A stretch of 64,000 nucleotides of DNA from Bacteroidia bacterium. GTDB taxonomy: Bacteria; Bacteroidota; Bacteroidia; M30B66. The stretch covers positions 824,682 to 888,681 of the forward strand of contig OZ257142.1 of NCBI GenBank assembly GCA_965279035.1. The letters are read 5' to 3'. The translations under genes were made by a program, and so were the position numbers. Position 1 is the first letter of the stretch. Each line of letters opens with the position of its first letter. The notes beneath the pieces are model-generated. The model had not been told where the DNA came from and made no database searches. It was given only the letters and a program-made list of their open reading frames with translations. Shown here one piece after another: positions 63,808 through 64,000 of the stretch.

Positions 63808-64000
63808 ATGGAATACAATTCCCAAAGACCACACCTCATAATTTCTGAGTATGGTCGCCACATTCAACGAATGATTGATCATGCTTGTGAAATTTCTGAA
63901 CGCGAGGAACGAAATACAATGGCTCGATATATCATTTCTGTAATGGGGCAACTCAATCCTCATTTGCGCGATGTAAGTGATTTTAAACATAAGCTATGGG
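63808..64000 (+). CDS. N-terminal part of a DUF4290-family protein (Bacteroidetes-conserved); 3' end truncated by the window
   Basis: Manual translation gives MEYNSQRPHLIISEYGRHIQRMIDHACEISEREERNTMARYIISVMGQLNPHLRDV..., which matches the DUF4290 N-terminal signature. There is no stop before the window end. Confidence 0.5.
   Translation, partial: MEYNSQRPHLIISEYGRHIQRMIDHACEISEREERNTMARYIISVMGQLNPHLRDVSDFKHKLW

Overview
This 64-kb window is AT-rich and looks like Bacteroidota. The evidence is T9SS-type and Bacteroidetes-type features, lineage-typical ribosomal protein extensions, and two -33/-7 promoters of the TTG-N19-TAnnTTTG form. No taxon was confirmed by search. Three blocks are present.

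(i) 1-2.8 kb: the 3' end of a secreted adhesin with PKD-like repeats and a T9SS type-B C-terminal sorting domain. It is convergent with a bifunctional glutamate formimidoyltransferase-cyclodeaminase (ftcD), which is preceded by an (AATTACG)n heptanucleotide microsatellite.

(ii) 3.0-32.1 kb: a roughly 29-kb surface-glycan locus of about 30 genes, all on the minus strand. It is of the ABC-transporter-dependent type (wzm/wzt, with a Wzt C-terminal extension). It contains a pseudaminic-acid pathway (pseB, pseC, pseG, pseI and a SpsF/PseF-like cytidylyltransferase). That pathway is interrupted by an ATP-grasp enzyme, a metallophosphoesterase, an SDR and an aldo-keto reductase. The locus also carries GDP-fucose synthase (fcl) with a GT11 alpha-1,2-fucosyltransferase, five GT2 and two GT4 transferases, three SAM methyltransferases, WbqC, two deacetylases (CE4 and PIG-L) and a KpsS-like candidate nonulosonate transferase.

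(iii) 32.3-64 kb: housekeeping genes. These are rdgB, dedA, citrate synthase, enolase and carA, followed by the rpsL-rpsG-fusA-S10-spc-alpha ribosomal super-operon (rpsL to rplQ, including secY, map, infA, rpmJ and rpoA), then a UvrD/PcrA helicase and the start of a DUF4290 gene. Embedded in this block is a divergent Arn/Gtr-like module: a polytopic membrane protein facing an operon of DegT aminotransferase, NeuD-like acetyltransferase and ArnC/GtrB-like polyprenyl-phosphate glycosyltransferase.

The most notable observations are the decorated Pse pathway, the Arn/Gtr-like module, the microsatellite, and an S10 cluster split by a terminator after rpsC plus a promoter for rplP that is nearly identical to the rpsL promoter. 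No rRNA, tRNA, CRISPR or mobile elements were found.
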